64,000 bases of DNA from an uncultured Bulleidia sp. (GCA_934757945.1 CAKVLT010000001.1:4612-68611), one strand, 5' to 3'; shown: positions 18,911-29,221, numbered from the stretch's first letter. The notes: generated by a model from the sequence alone, not told the origin. Numbers and translations: made by a program.

Positions 18911-20086
18911 ATGAGTGAAATTGGTGTTTCCGTATATCCTGACCTCAGTCCTATTGAAGACATTGAAGCCTATTTAAAACTGGCTTCCAAATATGGGGTC
19001 ACACGTGTATTCTCAAGTATGTTCTCTGTGGAAGGTACAAATGAAGAAATTCTGGACTATTTCCGTAACTTCATCCGTATCGCCCATGAAAATCACATGG
19101 AAGTATCTTTGGACGTCAATCCTCAGTTCTTAACAAAACTGGGTGTTACCCCTGAAGATATTTCTTTATTCCATGAGATTGGTTGTGATATCCTGAGACT
19201 GGATATGTGCTATGGTCCTGAAAAAGACTATATCTTATGTAACAACCCTTATGGTATTAAGATTCAGTTAAATGCGTCCATGGGTGTGGCTAAAGAACTG
19301 GAATACTTAAAGGAAAAAGGTATTACCCGTGACCAGTTACTGTTAGGACACAACTTCTATCCTCAAAGATATACAGGATTAAAGTGGAAGTCTTTCTTGA
19401 AAACAAATGAAGGCTTATTCCCTTATGGCTATCCTGTAGATGCCTTTGTAGCGTCTACTGCAGAAGGTACACATGGTGTATGGGATGCTGTATGTGGTTT
19501 ACCAACAGTAGAAAGAATGAGAGATCTTCCTGTTGATCTGCAGGTAAGAGAATTACTGGCAGTAGGCATTGAAAATATTCTTATCGGTAATGCTTATGCA
19601 AGTGAAGAAGAATTCAAAGCTATTCAGTATGTCATGAGTGCCAAACCAAGAGATATCAAAGATTCTCCAGTCTATGAAATGTTAAAGGGATTCTCTTTAA
19701 TGGGTGAGCAGAAACCAGAAAAGATTCTGAAAGTAGTCTGTGATAAGGACATTACAGACGAAGAAAGATTCTTCTTATTTGATGTGTTCCCTCAGACAGA
19801 CTGGGGTGACAGCTCTGAATGGATCTGGAGAAGCCGTATCGGAAGATTCTTAAATAAGAACCATCCTGTACCTCACAGAATCGTTTATCAGCCAACATTT
19901 GCACCTGGTGACATCGTCATCGTTAACGATAACTATAAGCACTATGCAGGTGAAATTCAGATTGTAAGAGAACCAATCATCAATGATGGCACAAGAAACC
20001 GTATTGGTCATCTTGCCCCACATGAAGAAGAAATGTTTGAACTGATTAAAGACGGAGACAACGTTCGTTTCCTGGAAGAGAAATAA
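18911..20086 (+). CDS. DUF871-family protein (MupG-like 6-phospho-N-acetylmuramidase family)
   Basis: The N-terminus GVSVYPDLSPIEDIEAYLKLASKYGVTRVFSSM is typical of DUF871. I chose the ATG with an AAGGAG Shine-Dalgarno 11 nt upstream. Confidence 0.7.
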   Translation: MSEIGVSVYPDLSPIEDIEAYLKLASKYGVTRVFSSMFSVEGTNEEILDYFRNFIRIAHENHMEVSLDVNPQFLTKLGVTPEDISLFHEIGCDILRLDMCYGPEKDYILCNNPYGIKIQLNASMGVAKELEYLKEKGITRDQLLLGHNFYPQRYTGLKWKSFLKTNEGLFPYGYPVDAFVASTAEGTHGVWDAVCGLPTVERMRDLPVDLQVRELLAVGIENILIGNAYASEEEFKAIQYVMSAKPRDIKDSPVYEMLKGFSLMGEQKPEKILKVVCDKDITDEERFFLFDVFPQTDWGDSSEWIWRSRIGRFLNKNHPVPHRIVYQPTFAPGDIVIVNDNYKHYAGEIQIVREPIINDGTRNRIGHLAPHEEEMFELIKDGDNVRFLEEK

Positions 20087-20093
20087 TCTGAAA

Positions 20094-20120
20094 AGAAGAG
20101 AGCAATCTCTTCTTTTTTAG
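20094..20120 (+). terminator. rho-independent terminator
   Basis: A perfect 9-bp stem AAGAAGAGA/TCTCTTCTT with a GCAA loop is followed by TTTT. Confidence 0.75.
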
Positions 20121-20150
20121 TGGTAGACTAGACGCAAGAGGTAAAACGAT

Positions 20151-21152
20151 ATGATGATAGAAAACTACCATTCTGTACTGGATGTACGTACTACACAACA
20201 GGCAATCAAATATATTCGCGACACATTTCAAAGAGAATTCGGCAAAGAAATGTGTCTGGAAAGAATCAGTGCCCCATTATTTGTTACTAAAAAATCAGGA
20301 TTAAACGATAACCTGAATGGATTTGAACGACCTGTTTCCTTTGATGCCCAGGATCTTCCTGGAGATACTCTGGAAGTCGTACATTCTTTAGCCAAATGGA
20401 AAAGATATGCACTAAAGAAATATGATTTCAAAACAGGTGAAGGACTGTATACAAACATGAATGCCATACGCAGAGATGAAAAGCTGGATAACCTGCATTC
20501 CATGTATGTCGATCAGTGGGACTGGGAAAGAGTCATCACCAAAGAGGAAAGAACAGATGAAGTACTGGAAAATACTGTTCGTACCATTTTCAAAATTATC
20601 AAACATATGGAACATGAAGTATGGTACAAATACCCTGAAGCTGTATGTCACCTGGCAGACGATGTATTCTTTATCACTTCTCAACAACTGGAAGATATGT
20701 ATCCGGACCTGAGTGTAAAAGAAAGAGAAAACAGAATCACAAAAGAAAAAGGCTGTGTATTCATCAAACAGATTGGCTGGCCTTTAAAGCGCAGTAAGAA
20801 ACCGCATGACGGAAGAGCTCCGGACTATGATGACTGGAATCTTAACGGAGATTTATTATTCTATCTGCCTGTACTGGATATTGCCCTGGAAATATCTTCC
20901 ATGGGTATCCGTGTAGATGAAAAATCCATTGTGGATCAATGTAAAGCTTCTCATTGTGAAGGAAGACTCACGTTGCCTTATCACTCCTCCATTCTCAATT
21001 CAGAACTACCTTATACTATAGGCGGTGGTATTGGTCAGTCCAGACTATGTATGTTATTGCTGAATAAGGCACACATCGGAGAAGTACAGGCTTCCATCTG
21101 GCCTGAAAAGCTCATGGAAGAGTGTGAAAAACAGGGAATTCATTTACTATAG
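20151..21152 (+). CDS. asnA: aspartate--ammonia ligase (asparagine synthetase A)
   Basis: 333 aa with close motif agreement to E. coli AsnA: [39 protein letters not shown] and [11 protein letters not shown]. Confidence 0.9.
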   Translation: MMIENYHSVLDVRTTQQAIKYIRDTFQREFGKEMCLERISAPLFVTKKSGLNDNLNGFERPVSFDAQDLPGDTLEVVHSLAKWKRYALKKYDFKTGEGLYTNMNAIRRDEKLDNLHSMYVDQWDWERVITKEERTDEVLENTVRTIFKIIKHMEHEVWYKYPEAVCHLADDVFFITSQQLEDMYPDLSVKERENRITKEKGCVFIKQIGWPLKRSKKPHDGRAPDYDDWNLNGDLLFYLPVLDIALEISSMGIRVDEKSIVDQCKASHCEGRLTLPYHSSILNSELPYTIGGGIGQSRLCMLLLNKAHIGEVQASIWPEKLMEECEKQGIHLL

Positions 21153-21177
21153 TCACAATTTACAGTACACTGAAATT

Positions 21178-22230
21178 ATGAGGAAATTATTACAGTTACT
21201 ATGCTTAAGTTTGTGCCTTTTATGGTGTACACCTGTTCATGCAGAAGATATTACAAGCATGCAGGAAGACAAATTATATATTTTTGATATCGATATGAAT
21301 GATCAGGATCCATTATCTACTTTAAAAACAGCAGTGCTGAAAAGCAGATGTGCGTATGACGCCTCCATCAACTACGATGATATCAATATGGATCTGGCAA
21401 CGATCTCCACAGATGCCTTTGACAGAACAAAAGCAGGATTACAGAAGATCAATCTTTCAGCAAACATTATCAGAAATGACAGCACTTCTTACAACTTCAC
21501 GCAGTTGATTGCAGTAAGAATGCTGCAACCTGATGGTCCACAGATCATCCTCAAACAAAACACTGTCAATATTGATTTAAACTCCAGTTTCAACTATGGA
21601 GATAACATAGGGTACGTTGCCTGTTCAGATGGCAAATTACCTGCCATTAAAGAATGGGACAATGTGGATACTGCCAATGAAGGAACATATTCCTGTTCTT
21701 TAGAACTACTGGATTCCTCTGGAAAAGAAACAGAAATCACCTATACAGTCATTGTACAGAAACCTGTAGAAGTGATTCGTGCAGAGGAAGAAGAAGCCGC
21801 AAGAAAAGAAGAAGAGGAAAGACAGGCACAGCTTGCTTTACAGGCTGGTATTCCAAATTATGGTAAAACATTTACACTGGATGCCTCAGCAACAGATATT
21901 ATCTCTTATGCACGTCAGTTCCTTGGCTGTAACTATGTATGGGGCGGTACTTCTCCTATTACAGGATTTGACTGTTCCGGATTTACACAGTATGTCTATG
22001 CAGCATTTGGTATTTCTTTACCTCACAGTTCCGATGGACAATCCGCTTATGGAAGAATTGTCTCTCCTGATGAAGCATTGCCGGGAGATCTTGTCACCTA
22101 TAACGGGCATGCAGCAATCTATATTGGTGGCGGCATGATTATCAATGCCATGGATTATAACCTTGGCGTCAGAGAATGCAGTATGTACGGTGTCTCCAAC
22201 GGCAATATGCAGATTCACAGATTATGGTAA
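21178..22230 (+). CDS. secreted NlpC/P60 peptidoglycan endopeptidase with an Ig-like middle domain and an E/A/R-rich linker
   Basis: Signal peptide MRKLLQLLCLSLCLLWCTPVHA. The C-terminal NlpC/P60 domain carries the catalytic Cys in FDCSGFTQYVY and the downstream His. The start is uncertain because there is no clear Shine-Dalgarno. Confidence 0.75.
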   Translation: MRKLLQLLCLSLCLLWCTPVHAEDITSMQEDKLYIFDIDMNDQDPLSTLKTAVLKSRCAYDASINYDDINMDLATISTDAFDRTKAGLQKINLSANIIRNDSTSYNFTQLIAVRMLQPDGPQIILKQNTVNIDLNSSFNYGDNIGYVACSDGKLPAIKEWDNVDTANEGTYSCSLELLDSSGKETEITYTVIVQKPVEVIRAEEEEAARKEEEERQAQLALQAGIPNYGKTFTLDASATDIISYARQFLGCNYVWGGTSPITGFDCSGFTQYVYAAFGISLPHSSDGQSAYGRIVSPDEALPGDLVTYNGHAAIYIGGGMIINAMDYNLGVRECSMYGVSNGNMQIHRLW

Positions 22231-22233
22231 TTT

Positions 22234-22260
22234 AAGGCTCCTGGAGAGCCTTTTTTATTT
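22234..22260 (+). terminator. rho-independent terminator
   Basis: AAGGCTC/GAGCCTT stem followed by a T-run. Confidence 0.65.
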
Positions 22261-22269
22261 GCTGGAAAA

Positions 22270-22298
22270 TATAAAAAAAGAGGTTTTAACGCCTCTTT
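22270..22298 (-). terminator. rho-independent terminator for trkH
   Basis: AAAGAGG/CCTCTTT stem followed by TTTTTTAT on the minus strand. Confidence 0.6.
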
Positions 22299-23743
22299 CT
22301 CCATGTTCTTCTTGAGAACAGAATAATGATTGGATATATTTCCAGTCTTCCTGCCAGCATAGCAAAGGAAAAAATCAGTTTACTGAAATTACTGTAGTAT
22401 GCAAAGCTTTCCACAGGTCCCACCTGATCCAGACCAGGTCCGATGTTATTAAAGGTTGCCATAACTGCAGAAAAATTGGTTTCCACTGAGAATCCATCTA
22501 AAGATACCAGTAAAAAGCAGACAATGACAATGCCGACATACGCCGTCAGATACGCACTAACATTACGCATAACCCCTTCATCCACTTTCTTCCCGTTGAC
22601 TCTTACAACAGAAACTTCTTCAGGATGCAGGTTTTCATGTACATTTCTTCTCAATCCTTTTCCAAGCAATAATAAACGAATAACTTTGATACCGCCTCCT
22701 GTACTGCCTGCACAGGCACCACAGAACATACAGAACAGAATAATTGCTTTACTAAACGGATTCCATAAGTTGAAGTCCGTAGTTGCATAACCCGTCGTGG
22801 ATAATAATGTTGCGACCGTAAAAGCACAATGACGTATGGTTTCACTCATGGAAGAATACAAAGGTCTTACATTGAGAACAAGTAATGTTGTGGCACCTAA
22901 CACAATGGCAATAAACAGCCTTAATTCCTCATCTTTTCTGACATCCTTGAAATGTCCCAGTAAGAGAAGGAAATAAATGGAAAAGTTAACAGAGAACAAC
23001 AACATGAAGATAGTTGTCACCCATTGGATGTATGGAGAATAACTTGCAAAAGAATCTCCTAACAGACCAAATCCACCAGTACCTGCCGTACCAAAGGCAA
23101 GACAGCAGCTGCTGAACCAGTCAAGTCCTCCACAAAGTAAGAAGATAATATCCAGAAAGGTCAGTCCAAAATAGATACCATACAGAATCATTGCTGTATT
23201 TTTCATATGCGGAACCATCTTACCAACAGATGGACCAGGTGATTCAGCACGAAGAATATGTAATGTAAATCCCTGACTCTTTTTACCTAACGGAACTATG
23301 GCCATCAAAAAGACAAGGACACCCATACCTCCTACCCAGTGAGAGAAAGACCTCCACCATAACAGGCCCTTATCCAAAGCTTCCACATTTGTCAAAATAG
23401 AAGAGCCTGTGGTTGTAAATCCGGAGACCATTTCAAAGAAACAGTCTGCAAAATTAGGAATTTCTCTGGAAAAGAAGAAAGGTAAACAGCCCAGTAAAGA
23501 CATCAGTATCCAGCATAAGCCTGTACTTACAAAGCCTTCTCTTTGATAGAACCCATCTTTTGCGTTTTTCGATAACAGAAACAGAAGTCCCGAAACAAGC
23601 AGAATCACAGGTAATGTAACACAATACCCATAGACAGCACGAGGTTCGTTATATAAAAGAGAAATACCCAGTGCCGGCAACATCAAGCCTGCTTCTATAC
23701 ACAGAATCCAGGCATTGACTTTAGCTATCATTTTCCAGTTCAT
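22286..23743 (-). CDS. trkH: TrkH/KtrB-family potassium uptake membrane protein
   Basis: 485 aa polytopic membrane protein with repeated pore-loop motifs. Confidence 0.88.
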   Translation of the reverse strand: MNWKMIAKVNAWILCIEAGLMLPALGISLLYNEPRAVYGYCVTLPVILLVSGLLFLLSKNAKDGFYQREGFVSTGLCWILMSLLGCLPFFFSREIPNFADCFFEMVSGFTTTGSSILTNVEALDKGLLWWRSFSHWVGGMGVLVFLMAIVPLGKKSQGFTLHILRAESPGPSVGKMVPHMKNTAMILYGIYFGLTFLDIIFLLCGGLDWFSSCCLAFGTAGTGGFGLLGDSFASYSPYIQWVTTIFMLLFSVNFSIYFLLLLGHFKDVRKDEELRLFIAIVLGATTLLVLNVRPLYSSMSETIRHCAFTVATLLSTTGYATTDFNLWNPFSKAIILFCMFCGACAGSTGGGIKVIRLLLLGKGLRRNVHENLHPEEVSVVRVNGKKVDEGVMRNVSAYLTAYVGIVIVCFLLVSLDGFSVETNFSAVMATFNNIGPGLDQVGPVESFAYYSNFSKLIFSFAMLAGRLEIYPIIILFSRRTWRKRR

Positions 23744-23746
23744 GTG

Positions 23747-25111
23747 TTACCCCTCAAAAATATCGTTGAGATTCAGGATAGGATTTTCTCTTGCGACAAC
23801 TACTACAACCGTATCTCCCACATGGAACTTCTGCTGTCCATCTGCCACAGAGGAAACCCCTTTGCTTGTAATGGACGCAATCAGAATATTCTTCTTGATG
23901 GAAATATCTTTTAAAGACTCTCCGATATGCTTTGTATTCTCATCTACCATAAATTCCAGCACTTCGGCATTACCGTTGGCAATCTGATGCACACTTAATG
24001 CCGCAGATCCACTGGACTGCATCATGGCACGTACATAACGTACAATATGGGACGTACATAAGTTCTTAGGACATACAATAGGCCCCATAGGCAGTGCATC
24101 CAACATCCTTGTATTACCGCCCCTTCCAAGCTTGGTGATGGTTAAAGGTACTTTGCAAAGTGCTGCATACATGGAGATAATCACATTCAGTTCATCAATA
24201 CCTGTACAGGACACCACAGCATCATAGTCTGAAAGATCTTCTGCATCAAGTACCGCCTGGCTGGAAGCATCTCCTTTGACAATCGTAGCTTCAGGCAATA
24301 ATTCCGCCAGTTCATTACATGTATTTTCATCAATCTCAATAATATTGACAGTCATGTGTGACTTCAGCAGTTCCTGAGCCAGATAATAGGCAAGCCTGCT
24401 GCCTCCTGCAAGAAGTACATGCTTGATTGGTTTTTTAATAATGCCTACAGAATACAATAAAGAGTGTAAGGATTCAGACTGTGCAGCAACGGAGATCTTA
24501 TCATTCACACGCAGTACAAAAGATCCATCAGGCATAATTGCCTTTCCATCTCTTTCTACAGCACATACTAAAACTTTAGTATGTACGATTTTCTGAAGGT
24601 CCTGAAGTTTGACACCAACAAGTTTGGAATACTCTTCAATCTTGATTTCAATCATTTCCATTCTTGCCTTGGCAAAGAACTCTCTGGATAATGTTCCAGG
24701 AAGTTTTAGAAGCTGTGAGATTTCCACTGCAGCCTGTTTCTCCGGATTGATTACCAGAGACAAACCAAACTCTTCACTCATTTTATATGCCTGTGCCACA
24801 TATTCAGGATTGCGGATACGTGCAATACAGTTGATTTCAGGATTAATATTCTTTGCTGTAATGCAGGCAAGCATATTCACTTCGTCTCTGCTTGTTACAG
24901 CAATTAAAAGATCATTATTCTGTATGCCTGCATCCTGCAGTGTTGCCATGGAAGCACCATTACCTGCCACAGAAATAATGTCGTATAACCCCTGAGCATT
25001 TTCCAGCACGTCACTCTTTGTATCAATCACTGTAATGTCATGCCCTTCTTTTGACAATTGAGCAGTAATGGTAGTACCTACCTTGCCTGCACCAACAATC
25101 GTGATTTTCAT
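23747..25111 (-). CDS. trkA: Trk system K+ uptake NAD-binding subunit (two RCK domains)
   Basis: 454 aa starting MKITIVGAGKVGTTI, with a second Rossmann repeat (LLAGGSRLAYYLAQ). Confidence 0.88.
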   Translation of the reverse strand: MKITIVGAGKVGTTITAQLSKEGHDITVIDTKSDVLENAQGLYDIISVAGNGASMATLQDAGIQNNDLLIAVTSRDEVNMLACITAKNINPEINCIARIRNPEYVAQAYKMSEEFGLSLVINPEKQAAVEISQLLKLPGTLSREFFAKARMEMIEIKIEEYSKLVGVKLQDLQKIVHTKVLVCAVERDGKAIMPDGSFVLRVNDKISVAAQSESLHSLLYSVGIIKKPIKHVLLAGGSRLAYYLAQELLKSHMTVNIIEIDENTCNELAELLPEATIVKGDASSQAVLDAEDLSDYDAVVSCTGIDELNVIISMYAALCKVPLTITKLGRGGNTRMLDALPMGPIVCPKNLCTSHIVRYVRAMMQSSGSAALSVHQIANGNAEVLEFMVDENTKHIGESLKDISIKKNILIASITSKGVSSVADGQQKFHVGDTVVVVVARENPILNLNDIFEG

Positions 25112-25157
25112 ATAAACCTCTCCTTAAAGATATATGCTATTGTAACACTTTAAAATA

Positions 25158-25679
25158 TTATTTCCTGAGTTTATCAAAATAAGGGCCCAGCAGCTTCATA
25201 AACGCATTCCAGTATGACGGATACGCATCTACTCCCTTGAAAGTATACTCTTCATCATCACTGATCAGAATATCCAGTTCCCATTCATTATTTCCACGCA
25301 ATTCTCTGCCATCATTTGCAGGATAATACACTCTGTTCCAGTCAAAGACAAATAGTTTATCCACAAGCTCTTCTTTAAAAGACTCCCATTCTTCCATACT
25401 CATGACGTCAGCAACTTTGTCTACACCCCCTCCATAGGAATCGTAGATTTCATAAACGCACTGTTCTCCATCCTGTAAGAAGTGTGCTCTTACACTTCCA
25501 CTGATAACATCTCCATATCTGAAACGAATATCACTGATACAGTCTTTCAGTAATTTCCCTTCATCACTTACAGCAGGTCTGCCAAAATCTTTTGTACAGT
25601 CCTTACACTGATAATAGTTCCCTACTGCTATACTATTTTTACTTCCACAATGTGGGCACATTTTTATTTTAGCCATCAT
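25158..25679 (-). CDS. hypothetical protein with an N-terminal zinc-ribbon (CxxC-x15-CxxC)
   Basis: MCPHCGSKNSIAVGNYYQCKDCTKDF is followed by about 140 aa with no motif I recognise. The start overlaps the stop of the upstream kinase gene (ATGATGA). Confidence 0.6.
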   Translation of the reverse strand: MMAKIKMCPHCGSKNSIAVGNYYQCKDCTKDFGRPAVSDEGKLLKDCISDIRFRYGDVISGSVRAHFLQDGEQCVYEIYDSYGGGVDKVADVMSMEEWESFKEELVDKLFVFDWNRVYYPANDGRELRGNNEWELDILISDDEEYTFKGVDAYPSYWNAFMKLLGPYFDKLRK

Positions 25680-26278
25680 TTACTCCTTATCCTTTGTTCA
25701 TCACTGTCATATATAACATCTGCATATTTTGCAGGATCTTTCTGCGCAAAATACATTTCCTCCAGAGGAATCCATTTCTCCAGGAACATCTTCAGTCCCT
25801 GTTCCCCGTTTCTTTTCAGTATCCGCTGTTTCTGTTTTTCAGCGGAAATGGTAAAGAAGACAGTATAGTCATAAAACGGCAACAGATCTCTGTGAAAACT
25901 GTAAGTTCCTTCCACAACAAGATATTCATGTACCACAGGCAATTGTACCTCAGTACCTAAAGACAGGGTAGTACAGTCAAATTTCCTGTAGGAAAAAGGT
26001 ACTTTCTTTTTCCATTCAGTCAGCACCTGTACTACTCTTTCATGATCCACATTTTCTCCCGGTGTTGCATATCTTTCAGCAGTTCTCTGTTCTTTCTGCA
26101 AAAAGAAATCATCCATCTGTATAAGATCTGCCTGCAATGCCTCACACAGTTCTTTTGCAAAAGTAGATTTACCGGAGCCACATCTTCCATCTATGGCAAT
26201 CACATGCCCATGAGTTTCTTTTACCTGTTGAATACTATCCTTTACCAGTTCACTGTACATACAAATAGTTTGTACCAT
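25676..26278 (-). CDS. P-loop nucleoside kinase, nicotinamide-riboside-kinase/uridine-kinase-like
   Basis: Walker A IDGRCGSGKST. LIQMDDFF, YLVVEGTYSF and TVFFTISAEKQKQR parallel human NRK1 (VISQDDFFKPE, ILIIEGFLLF, SYFLTIPYEECKRRR). Confidence 0.6.
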   Translation of the reverse strand: MVQTICMYSELVKDSIQQVKETHGHVIAIDGRCGSGKSTFAKELCEALQADLIQMDDFFLQKEQRTAERYATPGENVDHERVVQVLTEWKKKVPFSYRKFDCTTLSLGTEVQLPVVHEYLVVEGTYSFHRDLLPFYDYTVFFTISAEKQKQRILKRNGEQGLKMFLEKWIPLEEMYFAQKDPAKYADVIYDSDEQRIRSK

Positions 26279-26528
26279 ACATTCGACAAAGAGAAAAGAC
26301 CCTTTCGGGTCTTTCTCATCATTATTTAATTAAGGGGATTAGAATGACAGAGTCTTAGGGGGTCGACTATGTCAGCACTTCTTTGTGCATTCTTATAATA
26401 CAAAATGATTGTCATATAAATTTCGTATAAATATGTGAATTTGTGTGATTTTCAGGCAACCCCCTGTCTTTTTTTTGAAATCCTCCTATGCTTGTAATAG
26501 AAACACGCTTAAAGAAAGGATAATCTGT

Positions 26529-27656
26529 ATGAATAAAAAACTGCCGGCAGGATTAGAAGAGTTTCAGTGGAACGCCATCATTTCCCATTTAAATCCGGAA
26601 ACCACTACCATTGGTGATTACAGAAAAGTATTAGACGCACTGCATACGTATGACCATTCCAGATTTAACATCATTACCATGACAAAAGAAGATGCCAGAG
26701 ACTATTATGCCTATCTGGACTCCAAAGTACAAAACAAGGAATTATCTGAATCTACATCCCACAGATATAAAAGTACTTTACGTGCCATTGCCAGGCACAT
26801 GGAATCAGAACCTGAAGTCTTTCCAGGATATTCCAACCCTTTTTCAAAGCTCATAGAAAAAGATGTACGTCCTAAATCTGCGTTTGATCTTTCTGATTTT
26901 GCCACATACAGAGATATCCAGACTTTTTTAAGTGTTCTGCCTTCTGCTTCCCTCAAAAATCAGATGTTGCTGAGACTGATGATTCATGCAGGTTTACGGC
27001 CTCATCAGTTAAGATCTCTCACATATGCTAACTTCACCATGGGCAAGCATCATTTATATTTAACCTATAAAGATTCCACTTTTATCCATAAACCACACAC
27101 CATGAAATTAGATGCATCAGACAGAGAATTTATGAAACTGGAAAAATGTCATAAAAACGGTTCTGCCACCTATACAGTATATTGCAAATACAGATTCAAC
27201 AAAGACATGACCAGAGAATTATTACAATGGAACCCTCAATTAGGTGTCTCCACCTCTGCAACCCCTGTCTTCACCCGTAACAATGAGAATATCATTGATT
27301 CCAGTTATATTGATTCTCTTGTTTCCTCTCTTGTCAGAAAAGCTAATCTGCCCCCAAAGGCCGTTTCACCAAAAAAGCTATGTCTGTATGGAGATATTGC
27401 AAGTACTGTCATGTATTACCATTTTCATGATCACGAAAATGTCAAATCCTCCATTTCACATCTCAAGACACAGACTCAGCGGAATCAGGCCATGCAGAAT
27501 CTCAGAAAAATGGAAAACGAATATGCCTTACTTTCTTCCAGAAATGCCTCACCTGGCATCTGGTACCATGCCTGTCCTGTTACAAAACGAGTGACAGTCA
27601 AGGAAATTTACAATACATTAGGACAGCCTTTCCTGTATGCACAGATGGGTATTTAA
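26529..27656 (+). CDS. tyrosine-recombinase (phage-integrase) family protein, divergent and probably catalytically degenerate
   Basis: An N-terminal SAM-like core-binding region is followed by LLRLMIHAGLRPHQLRSL, which looks like recombinase box I. No clear HxxR or YxxH boxes follow. The start is set at MNKKL, which has an AAGGA Shine-Dalgarno. Confidence 0.5.
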   Translation: MNKKLPAGLEEFQWNAIISHLNPETTTIGDYRKVLDALHTYDHSRFNIITMTKEDARDYYAYLDSKVQNKELSESTSHRYKSTLRAIARHMESEPEVFPGYSNPFSKLIEKDVRPKSAFDLSDFATYRDIQTFLSVLPSASLKNQMLLRLMIHAGLRPHQLRSLTYANFTMGKHHLYLTYKDSTFIHKPHTMKLDASDREFMKLEKCHKNGSATYTVYCKYRFNKDMTRELLQWNPQLGVSTSATPVFTRNNENIIDSSYIDSLVSSLVRKANLPPKAVSPKKLCLYGDIASTVMYYHFHDHENVKSSISHLKTQTQRNQAMQNLRKMENEYALLSSRNASPGIWYHACPVTKRVTVKEIYNTLGQPFLYAQMGI

Positions 27657-27685
27657 AAACGATAGATTGCTCTATCGTTTTTTTT
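27655..27685. terminator. bidirectional terminator
   Basis: A perfect 10-bp stem AAACGATAGA/TCTATCGTTT with a TTGC loop, flanked by an A-run and a T-run, sits between convergent genes. Confidence 0.75.
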
Positions 27686-27687
27686 AT

Positions 27688-28296
27688 TCAGAACTTAAAT
27701 GTATCTTTTAAGCCAACCCATTTCTGATCTTTATCAGAAAGATTTAAAGGTGTGCCATCTTCCAGAGTATATCCTTCTGCTGTTGCAGATCCTGGGTATT
27801 CTCCTTTTAACTGAGGCCATGTAATACCAATTTCCGGATCATTCCATGCAAGACCACCTTCATCATTGGCATGCCAGAAATCATTCACCTTGTAGCAGAA
27901 CTCTGCTTCATCGCTTAACACCAGGAAACCATGAGCAAATCCTTCAGGAATCAGGAACTGCTTTTTATTTTCAGCTGTCAGTTCCACACCATACCATTTG
28001 CCATAGGTTTTGGAATCACTTCGCAAGTCTACTGCCACATCGAATACAGAGCCTCTGACAGCTCTTACCAGTTTGCACTGAGGATAGTGTTTCTGGAAGT
28101 GTAAACCTCTTAATACACCTTTTACGGACATGGACTGGTTGTCCTGAACAAATTTCACATCCAGTCCGGCTTCCTTCATATCATTCTCGTTATACGTTTC
28201 CATGAAGTAGCCTCTGTTATCTCCATGAACTGCAGGTGTAATAACACAAAGTCCTTCAATACCACCTACATTCTTCTCAACACTGATCTGTCCCAT
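27688..28296 (-). CDS. rmlC: dTDP-4-dehydrorhamnose 3,5-epimerase
   Basis: 202 aa cupin (GDNRGYFMETY...LRGLHFQ). Confidence 0.9.
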   Translation of the reverse strand: MGQISVEKNVGGIEGLCVITPAVHGDNRGYFMETYNENDMKEAGLDVKFVQDNQSMSVKGVLRGLHFQKHYPQCKLVRAVRGSVFDVAVDLRSDSKTYGKWYGVELTAENKKQFLIPEGFAHGFLVLSDEAEFCYKVNDFWHANDEGGLAWNDPEIGITWPQLKGEYPGSATAEGYTLEDGTPLNLSDKDQKWVGLKDTFKF

Positions 28297-28297
28297 A

Positions 28298-29221
28298 TCA
28301 CAAATTCTCCATATCTAATTCATCAATATATCTCTTGACCGCATCCTGCCAGGAAGGTAACGGTGTAAAACCGTTTTCTGCCAGTTTGGATTTATCCAGT
28401 CTGGAATTAAAAGGTCTTGCGGCTTTACTCAATCCATATTCTTCTGTTGTTACAGGTATGACTTTTGTAGTATATCCTGCATCCTTATAGATTTCTTTTG
28501 TGAAATCATACCAGGAGATATATCCACCTTCATTTGTGGCATGATAATAGCCGTATTTATCTGTTTCAATCATATCCACAAGTAATCTTGCAAGGTCAAA
28601 TGTATAAGTTGGTGTACCAATCTGATCATTGACTACTCTGACTTCATCATGAGTCTTGCCTACTTTCAGCATTGTCTTGATAAAGTTTTTGCCATTTTTA
28701 CCAAATACCCATGCAATTCGTACAATAAAGTATTTTGATAAAGTATTGGCCACTGCAAGTTCACCTTCCAGTTTAGTCTGTCCATAGACATTCATTGGTT
28801 TATAGTCCTTGCAATCAGGATCCCATGGTTCTGTCCCCTGACCATCAAAGACATAGTCTGTAGAAATATAGACCATCTTTGCATCAATTGCCTTAGCAAC
28901 ATCAGCAATATTCTGGGTTCCACCGGCATTGATAGCTCTGACTTTCTCAACTTTGTCATCATCTTCAGCCATATCTACAGCTGTCCAAGCTGCACAATGC
29001 ACAATTACATCCGGATGAATGTCTGTGATGATTTTTGTGACAGCCTGCTTATCTGTAATATCCAAAGAGACATATGGAGCCTTGGTTACAGCCGTTCCAT
29101 CCTGTACACCTGCATATTCAGGTGCAATATCTGTACCAATACCTTCATACCCTCTTTTGGACAGCTCATTCATAACATCATGACCAAGCTGTCCGCATAC
29201 ACCAGTAACGAATACTTTCAT
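28298..29221 (-). CDS. rmlD: dTDP-4-dehydrorhamnose reductase
   Basis: 307 aa starting MKVFVTGVCGQLGHDV, short-chain dehydrogenase fold. Confidence 0.88.
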   Translation of the reverse strand: MKVFVTGVCGQLGHDVMNELSKRGYEGIGTDIAPEYAGVQDGTAVTKAPYVSLDITDKQAVTKIITDIHPDVIVHCAAWTAVDMAEDDDKVEKVRAINAGGTQNIADVAKAIDAKMVYISTDYVFDGQGTEPWDPDCKDYKPMNVYGQTKLEGELAVANTLSKYFIVRIAWVFGKNGKNFIKTMLKVGKTHDEVRVVNDQIGTPTYTFDLARLLVDMIETDKYGYYHATNEGGYISWYDFTKEIYKDAGYTTKVIPVTTEEYGLSKAARPFNSRLDKSKLAENGFTPLPSWQDAVKRYIDELDMENL

